Assembly (NCBI GenBank): GCA_026983875.1
Contig: JALSTG010000089.1
Coordinates: 1 to 55,019, forward strand
Length of the DNA: 55,019 nucleotides
Direction: 5' to 3'
From: Campylobacteraceae bacterium
GTDB taxonomy: Bacteria > Campylobacterota > Campylobacteria > Campylobacterales > Sulfurovaceae
This document shows positions 18,680 to 27,454 of this stretch, piece by piece. The position numbers and the translations under genes are program-made. Each line of letters opens with the position of its first letter. The first letter of the stretch is position 1. The notes below the pieces were generated by a model. It did not search any database, was not told the DNA's origin, and saw only the letters and a list, made by a program, of their open reading frames with translations.

Positions 18680-19518
18680 ATTTTTCTTTTTCAATGAGAT
18701 CAATTTATTTTCAACCTCATTCTCTAGCTGAAGAGACTTAGATATGAAATCATCAAACCCTCTAAGAGTGATTACAAACACATACGCCATGGTTGGTTGT
18801 TTATTGCGATAATAGTTGACAACTAATATAGATGAATTGACCTTCTTCAGTTCTCCATCTTTTAACTCATATAAATCATCTTTGATTAAAAGGACTGGCA
18901 TATACAGAAAATGTCTTAGGTATCTCTCCGGATTTACTTCAATATCCTCATTATCTTGTCCCCACCTCTCAACACACTCATCACAATATTGTATTAATTT
19001 TGCAAGACTGGTATGGATGTTTTCAGGATGCAACGCCATTAGCTCATCGTTTTGTTTCTTTTTGTGGAAAGAGCAATACTGACTAAAAATATGACCCTTG
19101 TTTGTATTAATAAGAGAATCATAAAAATTTTCATATTGGTCATATTTGACATTATCGGGCGAGGTGATTATTTCTTTTAGGCCAAGCCAGTCTTCTACCC
19201 TAGGGCTAAAATCAAATTCGTTAAGCAAAACCAATGGGAACAAGTTATTTTTCACTTCAAAAACAAACTCAATCTTCGCTTTAACCTTCAGTTCACTTAA
19301 TGGAGCATTCCAGTCATAATATTCAGCTACTATGTCGATCTCTCTACTTTTCCCAGATATAGGATCCTCGATGACAATGTTTGTCTCTACAAAAAAACTT
19401 AAATCAGATAACTTTTTCGCGATTTCCGCTTCAAGCAAATAACCTGACCTGGATAGTGCTTTAAGCATTTCATCAGTAGTAATTTTCGCATTTTCATTCA
19501 TGGCTTTTTTTTGCATAA
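18612..19518 (-). mobile_element. Integron gene cassette (~907 bp); no integrase in the window
   Basis: The 5' core site G/TTATGC (19519-19513) is the perfect complement of the attC inverse core GCATAAC; one AT-rich ORF fills the cassette. Confidence 0.85.
18674..19501 (-). CDS. Cassette-borne hypothetical protein with PD-(D/E)XK nuclease-like N-terminus (alternative start 19516)
   Basis: SGYLLE...REIDIVA...FVFEVKN pattern; strongly AT-rich relative to the flanks. Confidence 0.7.
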   Translation of the reverse strand: MNENAKITTDEMLKALSRSGYLLEAEIAKKLSDLSFFVETNIVIEDPISGKSREIDIVAEYYDWNAPLSELKVKAKIEFVFEVKNNLFPLVLLNEFDFSPRVEDWLGLKEIITSPDNVKYDQYENFYDSLINTNKGHIFSQYCSFHKKKQNDELMALHPENIHTSLAKLIQYCDECVERWGQDNEDIEVNPERYLRHFLYMPVLLIKDDLYELKDGELKKVNSSILVVNYYRNKQPTMAYVFVITLRGFDDFISKSLQLENEVENKLISLKKKNA

Positions 19519-19749
19519 CAACTTATTGAACACCAGATTCTGCACATTTATCAGCTCCTCGAGCAAAATCATCACGAAAATGCTAGATTTTTCCCTGCTT
19601 TGTGATAAACACACGAAACCACCCATTTCACTCTCTGCCAACCAGATAATATGATACCACAACTTGCCAATAGCTTCTCGGCTCTCTTTGCAATATTCCC
19701 CACCACGCTTGCCAGGGCAACAGCCATGTCATTAGGCTATGTTCGATTC

Positions 19750-20108
19750 CTACGATCTTGGATCCAATTTGCTTGCCATCTCATGTATGACGTTTTCAAA
19801 CGCTTCAAAGTCTTCATCTATGGTATCCCATAGACCCCTGTCATCGACTCCAAAGTAGTGATGGGTCAATACATCTCTCATTTTCGCGATTTCACTCCAA
19901 GGAATCTGCGGATACTCCTTCGTAAGTTCATCTGGAATATTTTTAACTGCTTCGCCGATGTTTTCAAAAGCCTTGGCAACCGCATAAACTTTTTCTAAAT
20001 TTTGAGTAAACTCATCGCAGGTGATGTTTTCGACAAATCTTCTTATATTTTTACATTCATAAGCCATATCTTCAAGATGAGATTATAGTCTCTATCGCTT
20101 TTAAACAT
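19750..20108 (-). pseudogene. HepT-like HEPN RNase (DUF86), apparently frameshifted near the N-terminus
   Basis: IGEAVK, IPWSEIAKMRDVLTHHYF (Rx4HxY); ATG 20108 (MFKSDRDYN), which overlaps the antitoxin end, is one base out of frame with the HLEDMAYE... body. Confidence 0.7.
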
Positions 20109-20400
20109 AGCTGATATCCTTCTGGATATGGCTTTTTATTTGCGGCTTCAACTTCTCGTATCTTACCAAGTCTATTTTTTTATCGAAAAAATCTTCAAGT
20201 TCTTTATTTATCTTGAGATAATTAAAGATCGATAACTTTCTATCCTTTTCAATTTTGTACAAAATGTCAATATCACTACTTTCATTCGCTTCATCTCTGG
20301 AGAATGAACCGAATATTCCGACAAACTCTACTCCAAATTGTTTGCGATAATAGTCTTGATGAGATTTTAGATAATGTAAAATATCATGCTTTTGCATCAT
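20101..20400 (-). CDS. Minimal nucleotidyltransferase antitoxin (MntA-like)
   Basis: GIFGSFSRDEANESSDIDIL (GS-x10-DxD), KKIDLV; ~99 aa; AGAGGA SD. Confidence 0.9.
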   Translation of the reverse strand: MMQKHDILHYLKSHQDYYRKQFGVEFVGIFGSFSRDEANESSDIDILYKIEKDRKLSIFNYLKINKELEDFFDKKIDLVRYEKLKPQIKSHIQKDISYV

Positions 20401-20529
20401 CTTATCCTCTCTTCTTGCTTCAGAGGTGTAGATTTTCACAGAAACAGACGACTTGACTCTTGATGTGATCAGCATGCAAAGTCATCCATATCTCCCCCGC
20501 TCCGCTTCCTAATATCATAGCATAAGCGG

Positions 20530-22839
20530 CTACGGTTCTCTCGATTCTCCTTGCAAGATCCCCCACCACGCCTGCCCCAGGGCGACGGCGGCGTCGTTGG
20601 GCGGGAGGCGGCGGGGTAGGAGGAGGCGATCTCGTAGCGTGCCCCGCTCCAGACGTTCGCTGAGGGTGCGGTTTTGGAAGACGCCTCCGGTGAGGATGAC
20701 GGGGAGCTCGGGGTGCTCGGAGGCGAGGGATTCGATACTGCGGGCGAGCCCTTCGATGAGCGCCGCGGCGACGGGCGGACCGCCTGCGAGGATGCGGCGC
20801 AGGGCGGGTTCCCAGTCGAGGAGCCCTTCGCGCAGGGGAAACGCCAAAGCTTCGGATGAGGGCTCCCGCTCTGCGGCGGCTTCAAGGAGCAGGCCGCTTT
20901 GGCCCTCGTAGCTCTGGTGTTGACACAGACCCACCAGGGAGGCTGCGGCGTCGAAGAGGCGGCCCATGGAGCTGCTGATCGGGGCGTTGAGTCCCCGCTC
21001 CCATGCCTGGTGCAGCACTCGGATCTCTTCAGGGTCGAAGGCTTGCACCGTGGGGGAGTCTAGCGACAGGAGCTCTTCGAGCTCCATGATCTCAAAGAGC
21101 ATCGCCAGGGCGACGCGGCGGGGTTCGCGCACGGCCCGCTCTCCTCCCAGGAGACGAAAGGGGCGCAAAGAGGCGATGCGTTCGTATCTGCGCCCCTCGA
21201 TCAGGAAGGTCTCTCCTCCCCAGATCGTGCCGTCGTCTCCGTAGCCCGTGCCGTCCCAGACGAAGGCGAGGCACTTGCGATCCCGCAGGCCGTGCTCCGC
21301 CGTCACCGCCAGGGCGTGGGCGTGGTGATGCTGGAGGCTCTCGATTTTGAGGGCTTGGTTCTTCGCATTTTGCTCCTTGCTCCACAGGGTGGTGGCGTAG
21401 GCCGGGTGCTTGTCGTGGACGATCGTCTCGGGTTCGAAGTCGTAAAATCGGCGAAAGGTCTCCACCGTGCGCTCGAAATACTCCATCGCCTCGATGGAGT
21501 GCAGATCCCCGATGTGGGGGCTGAGGATGATTTTGTCCTGCCGGACCAGGGCGATGGTGCTCTTTTGCTGCGCGCCGACGGCGAGGATCGAGCGAGAGGA
21601 GGGCTCCGGCAGCAGGAGGCTCAGGGGAGCGACGCCCCGGGCCAGGCGGAGCCACTGGGTGCGATCGCCGATGCACTGGGCGACGCTGTCGTCGCAGGCG
21701 TTGAGGATGGGGCGGTCGTGATCGAGGATCGCATCGACCACGCTCCCCAGCTTGGCCTCCAGCTCCTCACACTCCCGGATGATCGGCTCGTCGGAGAGAT
21801 TGGCGCTGGTAGCCACCAGGGGGAAGTCCAAAAGATCGAAGAGCAGATAGTGCAGCGGCGTATAGGGGAGCATCAGGCCGATGCGGTCGATCCCGGGGGC
21901 CACGGAGGGAGCGAGTGCAATCTCCTTCGAGGAGTCGTTTTTTGCCTTTTTGAGCAAAACGATGGGGCGCTCTTTGGAGCGAAGCAGCCTCTCTTCGGCT
22001 TCGCTCATGCGTGCCAGCGCCCTGGCCGTCTCCGGGTCTTTGACCATCAGGGCGAAGGGTTTGGCGGGGCGGTGTTTGCGCTCTCGCAGGAGCCGCACCG
22101 CCGCATCGTCGGTGGCGTCGCACATGAGGTGAAAGCCCCCCAGGCCCTTGACGGCGACGATTTTGCCTGCTCGAAGGAGCTCGGCGGTATCGCGGATCGA
22201 GGCGTCGCCCCGGGACGTCTCTCGAAACTGCGCTCTTTCGCCAGTCGTTTGAGGGCTCTTGCGCCGGAGGCTCAGCGTCGGCCCGCACTCCGGGCAGGCG
22301 ATGGGCTGGGCATGGTAGCGTCTGTCAAGAGGGTCGTCATATTCGGCTTGACACTTTGGGCACATGGCGAAGGAGGCCATGGAAGTGTTGGGCCGGTCGT
22401 AGGGGACGCTGCGGATGATGCTGTAGCGGGGGCCGCAGCCGGTGCAGGTAATGAAGGGGTGGCGATAGCGGCGGTTGGTGGGATCGCGCATCTCCCGCAA
22501 GCAGGCGTCGCAAAGCGCCATATCGGGGCTGACGGCGACGCTTTTGCTACCTCCTTCGGAGTGGAGAATGCGAAAGTCCCGCTCACCCGCGGGAGGAAGC
22601 GGCGCTTTTTGGATCGCGTCGATGCGGGCAAGAGGGGGCAACTCCCGGGACAACCGATCTTCGAAAGCCTCCAGGGCGTCGGGGCTCCCTTCGATCTCGA
22701 TCTCCACCCCTTCGGCGTCGTTGAAGACGAAGCCCGCCAATGCCAAATCGTGCGCCAGGCGATAGACGAAGGGGCGAAAGCCCACCCCCTGGACGATCCC
22801 GGTGATTTTCAAGCGACGGCGGTGAGTCTCGTTTTTCAT
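20530..22839 (-). CDS. hypF: Carbamoyltransferase HypF
   Basis: GIVQGVGFRPF acylphosphatase domain, two CxxC zinc fingers, KGLGGFHL, QHHHAH, DGTGYG, PPND. Confidence 0.98.
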   Translation of the reverse strand: MKNETHRRRLKITGIVQGVGFRPFVYRLAHDLALAGFVFNDAEGVEIEIEGSPDALEAFEDRLSRELPPLARIDAIQKAPLPPAGERDFRILHSEGGSKSVAVSPDMALCDACLREMRDPTNRRYRHPFITCTGCGPRYSIIRSVPYDRPNTSMASFAMCPKCQAEYDDPLDRRYHAQPIACPECGPTLSLRRKSPQTTGERAQFRETSRGDASIRDTAELLRAGKIVAVKGLGGFHLMCDATDDAAVRLLRERKHRPAKPFALMVKDPETARALARMSEAEERLLRSKERPIVLLKKAKNDSSKEIALAPSVAPGIDRIGLMLPYTPLHYLLFDLLDFPLVATSANLSDEPIIRECEELEAKLGSVVDAILDHDRPILNACDDSVAQCIGDRTQWLRLARGVAPLSLLLPEPSSRSILAVGAQQKSTIALVRQDKIILSPHIGDLHSIEAMEYFERTVETFRRFYDFEPETIVHDKHPAYATTLWSKEQNAKNQALKIESLQHHHAHALAVTAEHGLRDRKCLAFVWDGTGYGDDGTIWGGETFLIEGRRYERIASLRPFRLLGGERAVREPRRVALAMLFEIMELEELLSLDSPTVQAFDPEEIRVLHQAWERGLNAPISSSMGRLFDAAASLVGLCQHQSYEGQSGLLLEAAAEREPSSEALAFPLREGLLDWEPALRRILAGGPPVAAALIEGLARSIESLASEHPELPVILTGGVFQNRTLSERLERGTLRDRLLLPRRLPPNDAAVALGQAWWGILQGESREP

Positions 22840-22883
22840 GAAGCGATTATAGCGTCATCCAAAGGTGCGGAGAGGGCCGGGGG

Positions 22884-24296
22884 CTATTCCCCGTCCAGGG
22901 CGAGCCGGGTCGAGATATAGGGGGTGGAAATTTGAAATTTGCTCAAGATCCGGCTCAAAAGCACCGGGTTACCCAGGAGGTCGCCCAGGAGGATGAAACG
23001 GTCGATCTTGAACTCCCTCTTGAGCTGGCCCAGGACCGAGACCACCATATCTCCGTAGGCTTCGAAGACGCTGTAGGCGAGGTAGTGAGGTTCGGTTTCC
23101 GCGAGGCGGAAGCTCATGATCGAGCCGAGCATTGCCGCGTAGTCGAAGCCCTCTTTGCTGAAGTTCATGTCGATCTTGAGCCCGCCGTTGCCGTGAAACT
23201 CCAATGCCTTCTCCAGCAGTGTCTCATAGGCGGCCTCTTCGAGCCCCAGGATTGCGGCGATGGATTCGAAAAGCCCCAGATCCTCCTCGGCCAGGCGCAC
23301 GGCGGTCTCGGGGAACTTGGCGGCGAAGTTCTCCAGCAGCCGTCGGCGCGTGGGATCCTCCATCATCTCCTCGAGGGTCGCCTCCCGGTCGAAAGGAGCG
23401 AAGGCGAGCGCTTTGCGTAGATCGTCGGAGGAGAGGATCGGAAAGCAGATGCCGTGCTTCAGGCTAAGTGCCGCGCCGAGGGCTTCGTCGTAGCCCGCTT
23501 CGGCGGTGACATTGAGAAAGCGGTTGAGCAGCGGATCATCGTGCAGCTTCTCCAAAGCGACGCTGATGCGGTTGTCCCGGAGCATGTAGCGGCGCTCCTG
23601 CACCAGCACCAGCTCCGGCTCGTGAGGGCGTTCGTCGAAAAAGAGGGTCTCGATGCCGCTCTCTTTGGCGTTGAGGGCGGCCAGGACGCTTTTGACGTTG
23701 TAGGGGGCCTTGACGCGGAGAAACTTTTTGCCCGTCAGCGCCTGAAGCTCAGGGGCTTTGACCGTGACGCGCAGAGTGGGCTTTTCGACGGAGAAGAGTG
23801 CCCGGAGCTCTTCGTCGGTCAGCAAAAAGAGATCCCTGGCCTTGCTCGCGTCGGTCAGCAGGACCGTATCGTTGCCGGTGTAGTGGGGAGAGAACCAAGT
23901 CGGATCTTCGTCGCGGTAGATCTCCTCGTTGGCGTAGTGGGTGCAAGCGACAGTATCGTCGAGGTAGCGGTCGCTGGCGGGGTCGGTAATCTCCTCGAGG
24001 CAGAGGGGGCAAGGGGCGATAGGATAGGCGCCGCTGACGAAACGCTCTTTGGTAGGTTCGCGCTCTTGACGCTGAGTTTCGATCTTGCCGAGAAAGAAGG
24101 AGTGGGGCAGATACTTTTGGGCAAAGAGGCTGAAGCGCTCCAACGCCTCGGGATCTTCCTCCGAGAGGATCAGCGTAATCGTGCCCTTGTGTTGCTTCAC
24201 GCTGCCGCGCACGCCGCTCTCATCGATGGCATGCTGGAGAAAGCCCGCGAAGTAGCGGTGCTCTACGGGGTATTCGATGGTCTGGACGATGGCCAT
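22884..24296 (-). CDS. hydE: HydE-like hydrogenase accessory protein (degenerate HypF-like)
   Basis: Position after hydD, as in Campylobacterota hydABCDE; LPHSFFL, CPLC, and a HypF-like C-terminus (ILLGDLLGNPVL). Confidence 0.7.
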   Translation of the reverse strand: MAIVQTIEYPVEHRYFAGFLQHAIDESGVRGSVKQHKGTITLILSEEDPEALERFSLFAQKYLPHSFFLGKIETQRQEREPTKERFVSGAYPIAPCPLCLEEITDPASDRYLDDTVACTHYANEEIYRDEDPTWFSPHYTGNDTVLLTDASKARDLFLLTDEELRALFSVEKPTLRVTVKAPELQALTGKKFLRVKAPYNVKSVLAALNAKESGIETLFFDERPHEPELVLVQERRYMLRDNRISVALEKLHDDPLLNRFLNVTAEAGYDEALGAALSLKHGICFPILSSDDLRKALAFAPFDREATLEEMMEDPTRRRLLENFAAKFPETAVRLAEEDLGLFESIAAILGLEEAAYETLLEKALEFHGNGGLKIDMNFSKEGFDYAAMLGSIMSFRLAETEPHYLAYSVFEAYGDMVVSVLGQLKREFKIDRFILLGDLLGNPVLLSRILSKFQISTPYISTRLALDGE

Positions 24297-24330
24297 AGGG
24301 CCTCCTTCGGATAGGGATGGGTGTCGGCGT

Positions 24331-24888
24331 TTAGCCCGAGATCAGGCTTTTGCACTCGCTCTGGGGATTCTCGTAACTTTCGAGGATCTCTTCCAAGCTC
24401 ATGCCTTCGGCTTTGGGCTTGACGGCGACGCCGCTGCGCTCGAGCTCGGCGATCGCCTCGGCTACGAAATCGGGAAAAGCGCTGCGGAGGGTTTCGCTGA
24501 GGCCGACTTTGACGCTGAGGATATCCTCGGGGACGATGCCGATGATATGCACGTCTCCCAGATTGCCGTTGAGCGCGGCGATTTCGAGCATCTCGACGAT
24601 CTCCACTTCGTGGGCGGTCTGCTTGTAGCTCCCCAAACCCAGAAGCTCTTCGCCGGGGATATTGAAGAGGGCACCGGGAGGCTCCTCTTTCATAGTGATG
24701 GTATCGAGGATGATCACCTTGTCGTAATCGGTGTAGTAGGTCATGAGCTGAAAGCCCAAAACCCCGCCGTCGACCAGCGTCACATCGCCGTCAAATTCGT
24801 AATGCTCTGCCAGATATCGCTGGGCATAGACCCCGACTCCCTCGTCGCGGAAGATGATCGTGCCTGCGCCTACCACTGCAATTTTCAT
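24331..24888 (-). CDS. hydD: Hydrogenase maturation endopeptidase (HyaD/HydD)
   Basis: IAVVGAG...DEGVG, VDGG, IILD, TAHE. Confidence 0.93.
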   Translation of the reverse strand: MKIAVVGAGTIIFRDEGVGVYAQRYLAEHYEFDGDVTLVDGGVLGFQLMTYYTDYDKVIILDTITMKEEPPGALFNIPGEELLGLGSYKQTAHEVEIVEMLEIAALNGNLGDVHIIGIVPEDILSVKVGLSETLRSAFPDFVAEAIAELERSGVAVKPKAEGMSLEEILESYENPQSECKSLISG

Positions 24889-24969
24889 GTCAACCTTTGC
24901 CGCTTGTTTCGAAAAATCAAGACAGAAGAGTCAAAGTCTCTTCCCCCTTCATTCTTCGTCGATCACTCA

Positions 24970-24985
24970 CTCCGCCGAGGCGGAG
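24970..24985 (-). terminator. GC-rich hairpin just after hydC (stabiliser or partial terminator)
   Basis: CTCCGCC-GA-GGCGGAG inverted repeat with no U-tract. Confidence 0.35.
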
Positions 24986-24990
24986 GGAGA

Positions 24991-25692
24991 CTACTTCTCT
25001 TTGACGAATTTGCTTCCGCCGAAGACGATGGCGATGTCGCCCTCTTGCCAGAAGATGGTACGCCATACCTGGTAGTAGATGTGAAACATCACCCAGACGA
25101 TGATGAAATACATCGTCGTATGGTGGCTGATGCGCACGTCCATGTTGGTCCCTCCGGTGAAGGGAATCGTCCAGTCAGTGACCAGATGCAGCATCGCCGG
25201 CCACCAGTCGCCGATGGAGCTGTGTCCGCTCTCGAGCCCCTGCACATAGAGCTGCAACCCCGTCAGGAGCATCCATACCAGCATCAGGTGGAAGATGAAG
25301 AAATAGACCGTGTTGAAGCTGTCGCTGTGGCTGGAGTCGAACTTTTTGACCCGGTTGAAGGTGATCAAGTTGACGAAAACGGCGATAAATTCACGGATAT
25401 TCTTCGGCGTCGGCAGCAGCTTTTTATAGGGCTTTTCGAAGCGGCTGAAAAAGTAGAGATAGGCGATGACCACGGAGCTGACGTCGAAGATGATCGCCGC
25501 CATCAGGTGGATCCAGCGGTTCCAAGCCATCACATATTTGTCCACCGCCGGCTCTGCGATGAGCGTCTGATAGTAGGGGTGTCCGATATAGAGACCCGTC
25601 GCCACGGCGGCGACCATGCAGATTGCCACCACCCAGTGGTTGATCCGCATAAAGGCGGTCATGCGTTTGACGCGTTTGTAACCCGGTTTCAT
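24991..25692 (-). CDS. hydC: [NiFe]-hydrogenase cytochrome b subunit
   Basis: RINHW, RWIH, SHH and FHIY haem-ligand histidines; four TM segments. Confidence 0.95.
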   Translation of the reverse strand: MKPGYKRVKRMTAFMRINHWVVAICMVAAVATGLYIGHPYYQTLIAEPAVDKYVMAWNRWIHLMAAIIFDVSSVVIAYLYFFSRFEKPYKKLLPTPKNIREFIAVFVNLITFNRVKKFDSSHSDSFNTVYFFIFHLMLVWMLLTGLQLYVQGLESGHSSIGDWWPAMLHLVTDWTIPFTGGTNMDVRISHHTTMYFIIVWVMFHIYYQVWRTIFWQEGDIAIVFGGSKFVKEK

Positions 25693-25704
25693 GGCATCCT
25701 CCTT

Positions 25705-27450
25705 TTAGACGGAGCAGCTGGTGCTGACCTTGAAGCTGCCCAGCTCCTTGCCTTTGGTGTCGACGATATGCACGGCACAGGCGATGCAGGGGTCGAAGCT
25801 ATGCACGGTGCGCAGGATCTCCAAAGGCTGCTCGGGATCGGCGACCTTGGTACCGATGAGGGCGGCTTCGTAGGCACCCATGCGTCCTTTGCCGTCGCGG
25901 GGTGCGGCGTTCCAGGTGGAGGGGACGACGGCCTGGTAGTTTTCGATCTTGCCCTCTTTGATCTTGACCCAGTGGCCCAGGGCGCCCCGGGGAGCCTCCT
26001 CCAGACCGTAGCCTTTGGCATCCTTGCTGACGCTGTCGAAGTCAAACTCGGTCCAGGTGCTACGATCTCCCGCGGCGACGTTGGCCGCCAATTCATCGAT
26101 CCACTCCATCATCACGTCGGCCATCATCCCACTCTCGATCGCCCGTGCCGCCGTGCGGCCTACGGTGGAGAAGAGCACGCCGGCGGGAGCGGCTTTGTTG
26201 AGTCCGAGATGTCCGCCCAGCTTCTCCAGGAAGCCCATGACATATTTGGTGATCCGTTCGTCTTTGGAAGCGACCCCCACGACCATCCGTGCCAGTGGCC
26301 CCACTTCGACCCGATGGTCGTCGTAGATGGGGGATTTGATCCAGCTGTATTTCTCCTGAGTTTTGAGGTAGGCGTAACCGTCGGCCTTTTTCTCCAGCCC
26401 CGTATAGTGGGGGTTGGTGGTGCCGTCGAAGGGGTGCTGAGGAGCGGGGGCATCGTACCAGGAGTGGGTGACGTCCTCGGTAACCTTGGCCTGATCGAAA
26501 GGATAGACTTTGCTCAAATCTCCGCCCAGGACCACTCCGCCGGGGAAGAGCAACGACGCTTTGTAAAAGTCGTTGTCATCCAGGCGGAATCCGCCGTAGG
26601 CCATGTAGTTTTTGAGCCCCGCACCCGTCCCGTCGAGAGCTTCGTCCGAATAGACGGTCCCGGCCATCGCCACATCGGCGAGGTAGGCATTTTTGATGAA
26701 ATCGCGCGCTTTTTTGAGGATACTCTTGAACTCTTCGTTGCGGGCGGGGTTTTGGATATCCTGGACGCAGGTGACTCCGCCGACGACGATGCTTTGGGGA
26801 TGGGGCATCTTGCCGCCGTAGATCGCCATGAGTTTGGACATATCCCTCTGCATATCCAGGGCCTGGAGATAGTGGGCGACGCCGATAAGGTTCTGCTCGG
26901 GAGTGAGCTTGTAGTGTTTGTTGCCCCAGTAACCGTTGGCGAAGAGCCCCAGGCGTCCCTGCTTGACAAATTTGTTTAGCCGTTCTTGGACTTTACGCAA
27001 TTCACCTACGCCGGTTCCGTAAGGAGTCTCGGTCCACTTGAGCGCTTCCTGGGAGGCTTTGACGGGATCGGCCTTGAGCGCGGAGGTAATGTCGATCCAG
27101 TCGAGTCCGTGGAGGTGATAGAAATGTACGGTATGGTCGTGGATGTAGAGGGCGCCTTGCATCAGGTTGCGCACCAGGCGGGCGTTTTTGGGGATCTTGA
27201 CGCCGAAGGCGTGCTCCACCGCCTCGATGGAGCGCTGATAGTGGGTCCCGGTACAGACGCCGCAGATGCGCATGGCAAGCAGTCCCGCATCCCGGGGATC
27301 CCGTCCTTTGAGAATCGTCTCGATGCCCCGGAACATGGTAGAGCTGGCGTAGGCGTCCTTGATAACGTTGTTTTCGTCGATGACCGCTTCGATGCGGAGG
27401 TGTCCTTCGATCCGGGTGATGGGATCTACGATAATGTGTTTGCTGCTCAT
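25705..27450 (-). CDS. hydB: Group 1 membrane-bound uptake [NiFe]-hydrogenase large subunit
   Basis: DPITRIEGH, RICGVC, DPCIACAVH followed by a cleavable C-terminal extension. Confidence 0.97.
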   Translation of the reverse strand: MSSKHIIVDPITRIEGHLRIEAVIDENNVIKDAYASSTMFRGIETILKGRDPRDAGLLAMRICGVCTGTHYQRSIEAVEHAFGVKIPKNARLVRNLMQGALYIHDHTVHFYHLHGLDWIDITSALKADPVKASQEALKWTETPYGTGVGELRKVQERLNKFVKQGRLGLFANGYWGNKHYKLTPEQNLIGVAHYLQALDMQRDMSKLMAIYGGKMPHPQSIVVGGVTCVQDIQNPARNEEFKSILKKARDFIKNAYLADVAMAGTVYSDEALDGTGAGLKNYMAYGGFRLDDNDFYKASLLFPGGVVLGGDLSKVYPFDQAKVTEDVTHSWYDAPAPQHPFDGTTNPHYTGLEKKADGYAYLKTQEKYSWIKSPIYDDHRVEVGPLARMVVGVASKDERITKYVMGFLEKLGGHLGLNKAAPAGVLFSTVGRTAARAIESGMMADVMMEWIDELAANVAAGDRSTWTEFDFDSVSKDAKGYGLEEAPRGALGHWVKIKEGKIENYQAVVPSTWNAAPRDGKGRMGAYEAALIGTKVADPEQPLEILRTVHSFDPCIACAVHIVDTKGKELGSFKVSTSCSV

Positions 27451-27454
27451 CTTC

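Noticed and set aside
19651-19833. 60-aa ORF divergent from the cassette, considered as an intI remnant
   Set aside because: No tyrosine-recombinase or IntI N-terminal motifs, and it overlaps the HEPN gene antisense.
24277-26979. 900-aa plus-strand ORF, and similar long ORFs at 21292-22920, 27359-28693, 33213-35264, 41707-43341, 3091-4350 and 13346-14398
   Set aside because: These are antisense shadows of well-supported genes, caused by GC3-biased codon use; they carry no recognisable motifs or SDs.
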